Below are positions 19,555 to 27,979 of a DNA stretch of 64,000 nucleotides, in pieces. This DNA is from an uncultured Pseudobdellovibrionaceae bacterium (lineage in GTDB: Bacteria > Bdellovibrionota > Bdellovibrionia > Bdellovibrionales > UBA1609), in the NCBI GenBank assembly GCA_964502735.1, contig CAZCYD010000001.1, positions 4,584 to 68,583 on the forward strand, read 5' to 3'. Each line of letters starts with the position of its first letter. Within the stretch, counting starts at the first letter, position 1. Under the pieces are notes generated by a model. The model was not told the DNA's origin. It worked only from the letters and a program-made list of their open reading frames with translations, and did no database searches. A program made the translations under genes and the position numbers.

Positions 19555-20553
19555 CTATCTTTTTTCAATCTTACTGTTAACCTGTACAGCAACTGTCCCA
19601 TGATATATCCCATAATAGGCCTTAAATTTTTTAACCCCTTGTACAAAAACGTCAAACTCCCCCGTAGAATCTTGGTCTAGAGGAATGACATCTCCAATTT
19701 TTAACTTCATTAGATTTTTAACAGAGATTTGTGAGTTTCCAAGATTCACTTTTAAATCTACTGTTGTATCTAAAAGTTGTTCTTGAATAATCGACGTCCA
19801 CAATTTTTTATCAGTTTGATCTGACTCAACTTGAAAACCACTTGAAAGCCTTTGTTTAATAGGTTCAATTGTAGAGTAAGGAATAACCATTGTAATCGTG
19901 CCATTAGCATTCTCTAGTTCTACGTCAAAGGTTGAAGCAATAACAATATCTGTGGGGGGAACAATTCCTACAAACTGTGGATTGATTTCAGTTCTTATAA
20001 AACTGCAATCAATCGTTTCGACAGCACTCCAAGCCTCTTCTAAATCATGAATAGCCAAATCGACAACTTTGCGAACAATTTGAAGCTCAATTGGGGTAAA
20101 ATCTTTGCCCTCTATTTTAGTATAAGGCCTATCTGCTCCACCAAAAAAACTATCTACAAGAGCGTAGGCCAGCTTGCTCTCAATCACAAATAGTGCAGAA
20201 CCTCTAAGGGCATTAAATCTTAAAACGCTCATGCAAGTTGGCATTGGTAGTGTATTGATGAATCCTCCAAACTTTAAAAAGTCAGTACTTGCGTGATTTA
20301 TGCTAGCAATTTTTCGTAAAGTAGATGATAACGATACACGAAAAGCCCTCATAAATTTTTCGTATATTACATCTAACTGAGGCAACCTTCCTCTTATAAT
20401 CCTATCTTGAGAGGTCAAATCGTAGACAACAACAACCTGTTCTTCTCCATTGCTATCTAAACTTGGCTCAGATGAGTCGGAATCCCCAAGTTCGCCTTCT
20501 GAAACAGCTGCGAGAAGGGCATCGACTTCACTTTGTGATAAAACTTGACTCAT
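19555..20553 (-). CDS. fliM: Flagellar motor switch protein FliM
   Basis: The N-terminal CheY-P binding motif LSQSEVDALL is present. The protein is 332 aa and sits between fliL and fliN. Confidence 0.95.
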   Translation of the reverse strand: MSQVLSQSEVDALLAAVSEGELGDSDSSEPSLDSNGEEQVVVVYDLTSQDRIIRGRLPQLDVIYEKFMRAFRVSLSSTLRKIASINHASTDFLKFGGFINTLPMPTCMSVLRFNALRGSALFVIESKLAYALVDSFFGGADRPYTKIEGKDFTPIELQIVRKVVDLAIHDLEEAWSAVETIDCSFIRTEINPQFVGIVPPTDIVIASTFDVELENANGTITMVIPYSTIEPIKQRLSSGFQVESDQTDKKLWTSIIQEQLLDTTVDLKVNLGNSQISVKNLMKLKIGDVIPLDQDSTGEFDVFVQGVKKFKAYYGIYHGTVAVQVNSKIEKR

Positions 20554-20563
20554 AAGTTAACCC

Positions 20564-21103
20564 TTAATTGTAAATTAGCTCAGTAAAATAAACTCTTTTA
20601 ATTTGGCCTTTTGTTAAAAACAAATTTACCTGATCCCTTATCTCCGCCCGCAAAGTGTCTTTACCATCTTTAGTTGACACCTGAGCATACGTCTTGCTCG
20701 AAAGTATAACGATAATGATGTCCCTGATTTTTGGTTTCAATTGCTCCACTTCTGCTTGAACCTCTTCGCCATCCACTTCAAGTTCCATATTTATTTTTAA
20801 AAGTTTACGTCCACGACTACCTGACAAATTAACAAGAAAAGTTTCTAACGGGATCAGGCTACCAATGAAGTCTTTGCTCCTCGCTTCTTCTTCTTGAGCC
20901 AGACGCTCACCTTTTATAACATCATCAATTCCAATTTCTGCCTCTTGCTGTTTCTTTCCCATCCACACCATTCCACCCACACCTGCCACAACAAGCATAT
21001 TTATAATTACCAATACGATGTATAGAGTTGGTTTTTGACCTTTGCCATCCGAAGAGTTCCCACTTCCTGGAACTGCTGCCTGGGCCGCGTTATCTTCTGC
21101 CAC
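20564..21103 (-). CDS. fliL: Flagellar basal-body-associated protein FliL
   Basis: 179 aa with a single TM helix followed by the FliL domain (LETFLVNL...LKINMELEV...IRDIIIVILSS). GTG start has AAGGAGGAGGA just upstream. Confidence 0.88.
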   Translation of the reverse strand: MAEDNAAQAAVPGSGNSSDGKGQKPTLYIVLVIINMLVVAGVGGMVWMGKKQQEAEIGIDDVIKGERLAQEEEARSKDFIGSLIPLETFLVNLSGSRGRKLLKINMELEVDGEEVQAEVEQLKPKIRDIIIVILSSKTYAQVSTKDGKDTLRAEIRDQVNLFLTKGQIKRVYFTELIYN

Positions 21104-21148
21104 ATCCTCCTCCTTAAGGCGATTTTCCTATCTCTCCATTTTTCTATT

Positions 21149-21165
21149 AAGCAATTGGAATGCCA
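21149..21165 (-). promoter_or_regulatory. Sigma-54 (-24/-12) promoter of the fliL operon
   Basis: The minus strand reads TGGCAT-TCCAA-TTGCTT. This fits GG-N10-GC and TGGCAC-N5-TTGCW. The -12 GC lies about 48 nt upstream of the fliL GTG (21103). Confidence 0.7.
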
Positions 21166-21398
21166 CATAGACCTTTGTTTGGTTGTGCATGACTCATCAT
21201 ATAGTTAGAGATTTTTTCCTATTATTTGGTCCCGTCATTGAATTAACTCAGTCAGAGGACTAGATCGTACTTTTGACAGGACTGAAGCCTCACAGGTTGA
21301 TCTAAAAATATCTGATGAAATTCACAACGGTCCAGAAGACGACACCAGTGTAAGATTCAAATTTAATTTGTTTGAATTTAATTTATGTAAAATAACAG

Positions 21399-22235
21399 TT
21401 AGCCATTTAAAATTTTAAGTATATGTGCATGCAAACTTGGATTGGCAGCCAAAATAGAGTCTTGCAGAGGATGATATTGAACTCCTCTGTAATTTGTTAC
21501 AACCCCACCCGCTTCACTTACTAATAAACTCCCAGCTGCCGTATCCCAGGGCATTAAGTTTTTTTCCCAAAAACCTTCGAAAACCCCAGAGGCAACCATA
21601 CAGAGATCATAGGCCGCAGCCCCGGCTCGCCGCACTCCTCTTGTTTTGTCAATAATCTTATTAAATAGCTGTAGCTGCTCTTCTAGTAGAGATTTGTTTT
21701 GTGCAAAAAATCCTGTTGCTAACAAGGAATCTTTAAGCTCCACGCGTTGAGAAACTCGTATTGGAGAGTCATTAAGATATGCACCTCCACCTTTTGTTGC
21801 ATAAAAAACCTGATCTAATTTCGGCGCATCTATAACTGCAACAACAATTTCTCCATTTACAACCAGCCCAATACTTATGCAAAAAATTGGAAATGAATGA
21901 ACGTAGTTTGTAGTCCCGTCCAATGGATCAATGATCCAACATGGTTTTTGCGGCAAAGATTCTGGCCGCTTAACTAGCCCTCTATTTTCGAGAGCGAAGC
22001 CTTCTTCTCCTAAAACATCAAAATTGGGGCATTCTCTCAATAAATATTCAGTAATGACCTTTTCGCTTTCTAAATCAGCTTCAGTTACTAATCCAGCAAG
22101 TTCTTTTTCATTCACACGAGACAAACGTCCATAATAATCTAATAGAACTTCCCGCCCTTTTTTAGCCGCTTTTCTTGCTGACATTAAAGCTTCTATAATT
22201 TCGTACCGGTCTAAAGTCATTTGAGGACAAAACAT
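21399..22235 (-). CDS. suhB: Inositol monophosphatase family protein (SuhB-like)
   Basis: IMPase motifs are present (WIIDPLDGTTNYVH, AAGSLLVSEAGG, WDTAAG). Confidence 0.88.
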   Translation of the reverse strand: MFCPQMTLDRYEIIEALMSARKAAKKGREVLLDYYGRLSRVNEKELAGLVTEADLESEKVITEYLLRECPNFDVLGEEGFALENRGLVKRPESLPQKPCWIIDPLDGTTNYVHSFPIFCISIGLVVNGEIVVAVIDAPKLDQVFYATKGGGAYLNDSPIRVSQRVELKDSLLATGFFAQNKSLLEEQLQLFNKIIDKTRGVRRAGAAAYDLCMVASGVFEGFWEKNLMPWDTAAGSLLVSEAGGVVTNYRGVQYHPLQDSILAANPSLHAHILKILNG

Positions 22236-22399
22236 CTGAATTAAAGTTTTGTCAAGCCTTTCAAAGTTTGACCTGAAGCTATCTCCAGGTATACAATCAG
22301 AAGGTATGTATCATGCATTCGCCAAAAACTTTACTGAATAACTTGGTGCCATGAACACTTAATTTTTAGCTTATCCGGATCATTTAAGGAGGAAATGCC

Positions 22400-23224
22400 A
22401 TGTTAAATAAAGCGGGAAATTCTAGGATGGATGCCCTATTAAAGATTGTATTGATTTTTGTACTCTCTGTTTTATCCTTTTCTATCGGGGCCTTTGTTGG
22501 CAAGCAGGTCAGCGATACAGAACATAGGCAAGCCTTACTAGAAAATGAGTTTGGTGGGGATCGCAGTACCGCTTCTATAAATCCACAGTCTACAAAACAT
22601 CGTCCTCATAATGCTCTAAGCGATGAAGATATTTCTAGCCTTACTGAGGAGTTCGTTAATGTTGAAAAAAAATCTCTGGCTGAAAATAAAAAGCTAGCTC
22701 CAACAAAGAAGCTTGACTCCAAAAATACGGAATCCAAAGATGACTCTTCAGATGGCTACAAAAGATATGGCAAAAAAATAACACAAGTTACAGGCGACGA
22801 CCTAGACTTGGAACCCATCTCTGAGGTGGCTTCAGCATCAAGCAAATATACGAAACCAATTGCCGCTCCGACAATACCAGCCCAAAGAGTTGCCCAAGGC
22901 GTAGCTCCAACTCAGGATCCTCCAAAAGTGAGAGTCCCAACTAGCGTACTTCCATCTACTCCATCTTCTGCTTTAGGAAAATTTACTATTCAAGTTGGAG
23001 CTTACACTTTAGAGACTGAAGCCAAGGCTCATGCGGAGGCCCTTAAGGAAAAAGGGTATGAGGCCTTTTACATTGCAGCCAACATCAAAGGAAATGACTG
23101 GTATAGAGTAAATATTGGACTATTTCCAGACCATAAAAGCGCAACTGCTTACAGACAAGAGAAAGAACAGGCCATGTCTGAAGCTGGAATAAAATCTTCT
23201 TATGTTCAAAAAATCACAAAATAA
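22400..23224 (+). CDS. SPOR-domain membrane protein
   Basis: AGGAGG RBS, an N-terminal TM helix, and a low-complexity linker. The C-terminal SPOR repeat reads FTIQVGAYTLETEAKAHAEALKEKGYEAFY...WYRVNIGLFPDHKSA. Confidence 0.8.
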   Translation: MLNKAGNSRMDALLKIVLIFVLSVLSFSIGAFVGKQVSDTEHRQALLENEFGGDRSTASINPQSTKHRPHNALSDEDISSLTEEFVNVEKKSLAENKKLAPTKKLDSKNTESKDDSSDGYKRYGKKITQVTGDDLDLEPISEVASASSKYTKPIAAPTIPAQRVAQGVAPTQDPPKVRVPTSVLPSTPSSALGKFTIQVGAYTLETEAKAHAEALKEKGYEAFYIAANIKGNDWYRVNIGLFPDHKSATAYRQEKEQAMSEAGIKSSYVQKITK

Positions 23225-23252
23225 GCGATGATTTTTGCTAAAGAACTCAACC

Positions 23253-23280
23253 AATAGGTTACAAAAAATAGGTTACAAAA
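23253..23280. repeat. Exact 14-bp tandem duplication (aataggttacaaaa x2)
   Basis: Read directly from the sequence. It lies between the convergent gene ends at 23224 and 23281. Confidence 0.9.
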
Positions 23281-23835
23281 CTAAAACTTATACCCTAGTC
23301 TGAATGTTATAACTCCTTCAGCCTGTTTCTCTTCTCTTGCCAGAGGCTGCAAGTGTTGAAAAGACAACTGTGCCATGACCACTTCAAAAAAGTTTCGTGC
23401 AACAGCCAGTTGAAGGCCACTACTCAAGTAGGGATCTCCTATCGATCTGGAGGTTTTAGTGCCCACAAGTTTTGACGTTACTCTTTCCTGACTTATATTT
23501 AATCCTAAGCCTGTAGTCCAAATAGTTTTGCTTCCTGGATTCAACCGCCACATCCCCCAGTTTTGAATCTCATGGCGATTATATTTGATGGCTAAAGTGC
23601 CTTCACGACTTTCTTTTTTTAACAGATTATATTCAAAATGATACAACCACCGTGAATCTTTTACTGGAACTTGTGCAAATAGAGAATTGTTCTGTAATAC
23701 ATTATAATTTTTTTTATCCGCAGCGGTTTCCGTTCGAATAGAAACTCCCAACCCCAGTGTGAACTCCTCAAAGGCATGGGCCATTGAACTCGAAAAAAGA
23801 AAAATAAATGTAAGAATTCTAAGCAAATTAAGCAC
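23281..23835 (-). CDS. Small outer-membrane beta-barrel-like hypothetical protein
   Basis: The pattern is alternating beta-strand-like and the protein ends in a C-terminal aromatic (LGYKF). The signal peptide is LNLLRILTFIFLFSSSMAHA. The likely GTG start at 23835 overlaps the upstream stop. The track ORF extends to 23886. Confidence 0.55.
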   Translation of the reverse strand: MLNLLRILTFIFLFSSSMAHAFEEFTLGLGVSIRTETAADKKNYNVLQNNSLFAQVPVKDSRWLYHFEYNLLKKESREGTLAIKYNRHEIQNWGMWRLNPGSKTIWTTGLGLNISQERVTSKLVGTKTSRSIGDPYLSSGLQLAVARNFFEVVMAQLSFQHLQPLAREEKQAEGVITFRLGYKF

Positions 23836-25213
23836 TCTCTTTACTCTCTTCAGGTAAACCACAATAGTCCAAACCATAGAACTCATGTATCAAAGTGCAA
23901 ACCTCTGGATCATTCACAACGTCTAAAGACTCTAGAATAAACTTTATAAGCTGCAAAGGCGACATTATGGACTTATGGTAATTAGTCTTAAGATACTCAT
24001 CCAATTTTGGCAAAGATTGGATCATAGCTAAAACTATTTTTTTTAAAGATTCCTCCCCATACTTATTATGCATGGTAGTGGAATCAGAAAGTCTTTTAAA
24101 AAATTTGGCAAAGTCAGAACCCATTTGATAATAGTAACTTGTTTCATTCTCAAACCTGAGAGGTGTTGACGATGCGTTTTTGATATCGAGTTTTTTTGTT
24201 TTACCAGCTCTACACCTTAAATCGTTCATAATTTTAAGTTGAAATACAACTTCAATTTTTCTCCGAAGAGCCACTTGATAGTGACCTGCGAGATTGCGAT
24301 AGTAAATATTGCTATCTGGAAAAGAATCTTCCAAAAACTTTTCATTTTTATTATAAAAATAGCTGTACAAATCGGCACTTCCCTCATCCCAACCTCTAGC
24401 GATAATGTAATTGGCCTGATGTACAAGTCTCCCAACATTAGGGTTTGTTTTGTCAGGAGTTTTCGTGTCCGATGAATTTTCTCTTCCCGAGCCTTTATTG
24501 TACAACCCATTAACAATTTCCTGATAAAATTCTAGATCTTCACAGATTTTTATGGATCCTGAGTTGATTTCTTTCATACTTGATTCAAAGTGAAGTCGGG
24601 TCCAATCTATTTGACTGTGAAAAATCGAATGGAAATGCTCATGAGCAATGGTGTTTCCATTTAAGCTCATTGGTAAACCACTGTGAGTATAGGGTAAAAT
24701 ATTGATAGTATCATTACTTGTAGAGTAAAAAGCATTATTCACGCCATAATACCCCGGCAGTTGATGATATACCGTATTTACACCTACCACCCTTGGCCAC
24801 TTTAGTAGATTGGCTATACCCAATTTTTTATCTATTTTCTTAATCCTGTTCATATGTGCATAAGCGGTTACAGCCGACACACTTAATGTATCTGTTGGGA
24901 TTAATATTTGTCCCGATTTTAAAAAATTGGGCTCCGCCGCCTCACCCACGGGACCTCTTGTAAGGCTGTAATCCCCTGTTGCAATAATTTTGGCCGAACC
25001 TCCCTGCATAACAAATGGATTTTGGAGGTCGTCGATTGTAACATCTTGAATGCTAACATTACCATTTCTATCACTCCACGGGATCCTGTACCTGTAATTA
25101 TCACTTTTACTAGAGGTCAGATCACTACAGCTTAAACTACTGAAAATAGTGCCGATGGTTAATGCCAGGAAAAAAAGAGCTTTTTTTATTTGAGTGTTAT
25201 GCCAAACTATCAT
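23828..25213 (-). CDS. Putative lipoprotein with HExxH zinc-metallopeptidase motif
   Basis: A lipobox-like FSSLSC follows the N-terminal hydrophobic segment. IAHEHFHSIFHS contains HExxH. I recognise no closer family. Confidence 0.55.
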   Translation of the reverse strand: MIVWHNTQIKKALFFLALTIGTIFSSLSCSDLTSSKSDNYRYRIPWSDRNGNVSIQDVTIDDLQNPFVMQGGSAKIIATGDYSLTRGPVGEAAEPNFLKSGQILIPTDTLSVSAVTAYAHMNRIKKIDKKLGIANLLKWPRVVGVNTVYHQLPGYYGVNNAFYSTSNDTINILPYTHSGLPMSLNGNTIAHEHFHSIFHSQIDWTRLHFESSMKEINSGSIKICEDLEFYQEIVNGLYNKGSGRENSSDTKTPDKTNPNVGRLVHQANYIIARGWDEGSADLYSYFYNKNEKFLEDSFPDSNIYYRNLAGHYQVALRRKIEVVFQLKIMNDLRCRAGKTKKLDIKNASSTPLRFENETSYYYQMGSDFAKFFKRLSDSTTMHNKYGEESLKKIVLAMIQSLPKLDEYLKTNYHKSIMSPLQLIKFILESLDVVNDPEVCTLIHEFYGLDYCGLPEESKESA

Positions 25214-25444
25214 CCTATGCCATTGGTAGCAAATTCTCGGCCATGGGTGAACTGATATATAACACTAAATCTGCCGTCAGAGTGACAAGTGACAAAATAC
25301 GGAGCCTCAAAGCGCCCCTCACCACTTTTATTAAGATCGTACGTCCAACGAGTTGTCGAAAATTCACAGGCCTCATTAGACAATTTAAATATCTATAAGA
25401 AACTCAGTGAGTTGTACAGTTGAACTATAAAGGATGTTCCTCTA

Positions 25445-26137
25445 TTAAAGAAAACCTATTCCCATTTTCCCGTGCTTAACCGAGTATATCAAACGAGCTG
25501 AGTAATTGTTTATCTCACTATATGTAGCTCTCATGTTATTGAGCGCCTCATGAGTAAAACCCTTCTTTTTAAACTCCATATGCAAAGGTACATAGTTTTC
25601 TTCGATAGTCGCCCTAAGTTGACTGAAAACTTGAGGTATCTGAGCCTCAACATTAGACAGGGCGTTTGCTGCCACTGTTTGTGCTAAACTCATTACGGTT
25701 TCTACCGACAGTTGCTCGCTGACTTTACTGGCCAACTCTTCAATTGAGCCTGTAGCTCCTGCCCCTGTTGATTGAGTGGGTACAGGCATAGAAATCCCAA
25801 AATGATGAAAATCGCTTACGGTTGAGGATAGACTCACCACCAACTCTTTGAATGTTGCAATATCGAAGTTCTCAAGAGACACCTCAGAGCCCTTTTCATC
25901 TGTAAAGTTGAACTTAATCTCCTCTTGATTCAAAAACTCTCGAAATAGTGCCTCCGCACTCAACCGCAACGTGTAAAGATTTTTTTCTGCCTCAAAGGCC
26001 TCCTCCCACAACGCTTCAGTCAAGTCTCCAGAGAGAATTGAATTACAAGTTGCAAAAGATGAAAGTGTGTATCCAAAGACTAAAACGCCAGCAAAAATCT
26101 GTGATATCAAAATTTTGTTTTTTTTTCCGGCCTTCAT
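25445..26137 (-). CDS. Secreted or lipoprotein hypothetical protein
   Basis: 230 aa. The N-terminal signal is ISQIFAGVLVFGYTLSSFATC. I recognise no family. Confidence 0.5.
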   Translation of the reverse strand: MKAGKKNKILISQIFAGVLVFGYTLSSFATCNSILSGDLTEALWEEAFEAEKNLYTLRLSAEALFREFLNQEEIKFNFTDEKGSEVSLENFDIATFKELVVSLSSTVSDFHHFGISMPVPTQSTGAGATGSIEELASKVSEQLSVETVMSLAQTVAANALSNVEAQIPQVFSQLRATIEENYVPLHMEFKKKGFTHEALNNMRATYSEINNYSARLIYSVKHGKMGIGFL

Positions 26138-26436
26138 TTTTCCCTCCCCAGGTAGTCTGACACGCCAATAGATAAATCCGTGAAAGAAAGATAGTTCAGC
26201 TGTGAAAAAAACTCTATATGGATTCCAAAATGGAACTACTAATGAACATTTTTTATGTTTAACTAGGTGAAAGCCTGAAAAAGATTTATAGAATTCTATT
26301 TTAAAACCTAAATTGTTGATGCGGAGCAGATAAAATCTGAATTGAGACCGCTCTTACTCGAGTGTAGGTTAATTCCGTTGTCGATTGATCCCATTTTGTA
26401 TAAGAATCCTTATTTTCATATCTTAGGAGCAGAGAA

Positions 26437-27012
26437 ATGATCCATATTATTGCTGGAACTAATAGACCAGGGGCTCGCTCCCTCATAATTGCAAATATTA
26501 TTGAGAAGTTGCTAACGGCTCAAAATACTAGCTGCGAAATCATTGATCTCGCCAGTTTTGATTTTTCGCAACTTATTGGAAAAGATCTTTATAGTGATAA
26601 CCAGTCGGACTTAATGCTTTCGGTAAAGCAAAAGCTAAACTCTTCTAGGGGGTTTTATTTTGTTGTACCAGAGTACAACGGTTCTATGCCCGGTATTTTA
26701 AAATATTTTATCGACCACTGGAGTTACCCCGAAACATTTGAGTACCGCCCCATGGCCTTCGTAGGCTTGGGAGGTTTATTCGGGGGACTTCGCCCAGTGG
26801 AGCATCTCCAACAAGTTATGGGATATAGAAACGCCTATCAGTTTCCAGAACGAGTTTTTATACACAACGTCTGGTCAAAACTGGATGGCCACAATATTAA
26901 TGACAAAACGATCTGTAATCTACTAGAACGCCAAAGTCGTAACTTTGTCCGCTTTATTGCTGCCCTAGAGAGCCAAGGGCTTGTGGCAAATAACCAATCA
27001 CGTGATAATTAA
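26437..27012 (+). CDS. NAD(P)H-dependent FMN reductase family oxidoreductase
   Basis: Flavodoxin-like FMN_red pattern: IIAGTNRPGARS and FYFVVPEYNGSMPGILKYFIDHW. RBS is AGGAG. Confidence 0.8.
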   Translation: MIHIIAGTNRPGARSLIIANIIEKLLTAQNTSCEIIDLASFDFSQLIGKDLYSDNQSDLMLSVKQKLNSSRGFYFVVPEYNGSMPGILKYFIDHWSYPETFEYRPMAFVGLGGLFGGLRPVEHLQQVMGYRNAYQFPERVFIHNVWSKLDGHNINDKTICNLLERQSRNFVRFIAALESQGLVANNQSRDN

Positions 27013-27418
27013 AGTTGTCGCCGCAATAATAAGAAACCATAAAGAAGAAATTCTTTTTGCTCAACGAAGCCTAGATGCCACATCCTGCGCTGGTCTGTGG
27101 GAGTTTCCAGGAGGAAAAATATCTGACTCTGAGTCTGAAGAACAAGCTCTAAAAAGAGAGTTAACTGAGGAACTCAGCATGGTTGTTGAGATCGAACACG
27201 CCTTCGCAACCAGTATTTACAGAGAAAATCATAATGATGGACAGAGAGCAAAAGAGATTCATTTAAAGTCTTACTTAGTTAGAGCCTTATCTGATAATTA
27301 CGAGCTCCGCGTTCACGAAAAGGTGCTCTGGCTAAAAAAAGAAAAGGCGCAAAATCTGCATCTTGCGCCTGCTGACATCCCAATTTATGAGAAGCTTCTT
27401 GTTACCAACTGGCCTTAG
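26981..27418 (+). CDS. mutT: NUDIX hydrolase (MutT-like nucleoside triphosphate pyrophosphohydrolase)
   Basis: The Nudix box is [24 protein letters not shown], preceded by WEFPGG. The start is uncertain; the track ATG overlaps the upstream gene. Confidence 0.8.
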   Translation: MWQITNHVIIKVVAAIIRNHKEEILFAQRSLDATSCAGLWEFPGGKISDSESEEQALKRELTEELSMVVEIEHAFATSIYRENHNDGQRAKEIHLKSYLVRALSDNYELRVHEKVLWLKKEKAQNLHLAPADIPIYEKLLVTNWP

Positions 27419-27707
27419 TTACACCAGGTAATTTTCCGTGTAATGCTAACTCTCGAAAGGCAATACGAGAAAGACCAAATTTTCTCAAAGTTCCACGAGG
27501 TCTGCCGGTAATGAAGCATCTTGTTACAACTCGAGTGGGAGATGTATCGCGTGGCAATTTTTGCAATTTAATATGAGCTTCATAACGCTCTTCATCAGAA
27601 AGCTTAAGATTTGAAACCTTTTTCCTCAATTCAGCCCTTATAGGTCCCCATTTATCAGATATTCTTTTTCTTCTGTCATTCTTTTCTATAGAACTTTTTT
27701 TAGCCAT
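27402..27707 (-). CDS. rpsN: 30S ribosomal protein S14 (long, non-zinc form)
   Basis: [15 protein letters not shown]...[39 protein letters not shown] is a full-length S14. The start is the second in-frame ATG (27707). Confidence 0.95.
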   Translation of the reverse strand: MAKKSSIEKNDRRKRISDKWGPIRAELRKKVSNLKLSDEERYEAHIKLQKLPRDTSPTRVVTRCFITGRPRGTLRKFGLSRIAFRELALHGKLPGVTKASW

Positions 27708-27979
27708 AACTCTCCACAAACTCCTTAAATTCGAAGCCTCTTAGATACCCCATGGCGCAAAACAAAGCAAGGGATTTGTATTCGGACCTCCTTTGCAAAC
27801 CCCAAATGGTGTCTAGCCAAGGCGTATAATCACTGCCGTCCAGGTTTTAATGAGCCAGAATCTTTTAAAACAATCATAACCCCTGAATTTAATTGCAATA
27901 TTCTCTGCGAACTGTTTAGATTGCGCTCTTTTCTCCTTACGGGGTGACTTCTAAAAAAACAATATGATAGAAAAAACTG

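Noticed and set aside
22333-22351. TGGCAC on the minus strand upstream of suhB (sigma-54 -24-like)
   Set aside because: The -12 position reads TATTC rather than TTGC, so GG-N10-GC is not satisfied.
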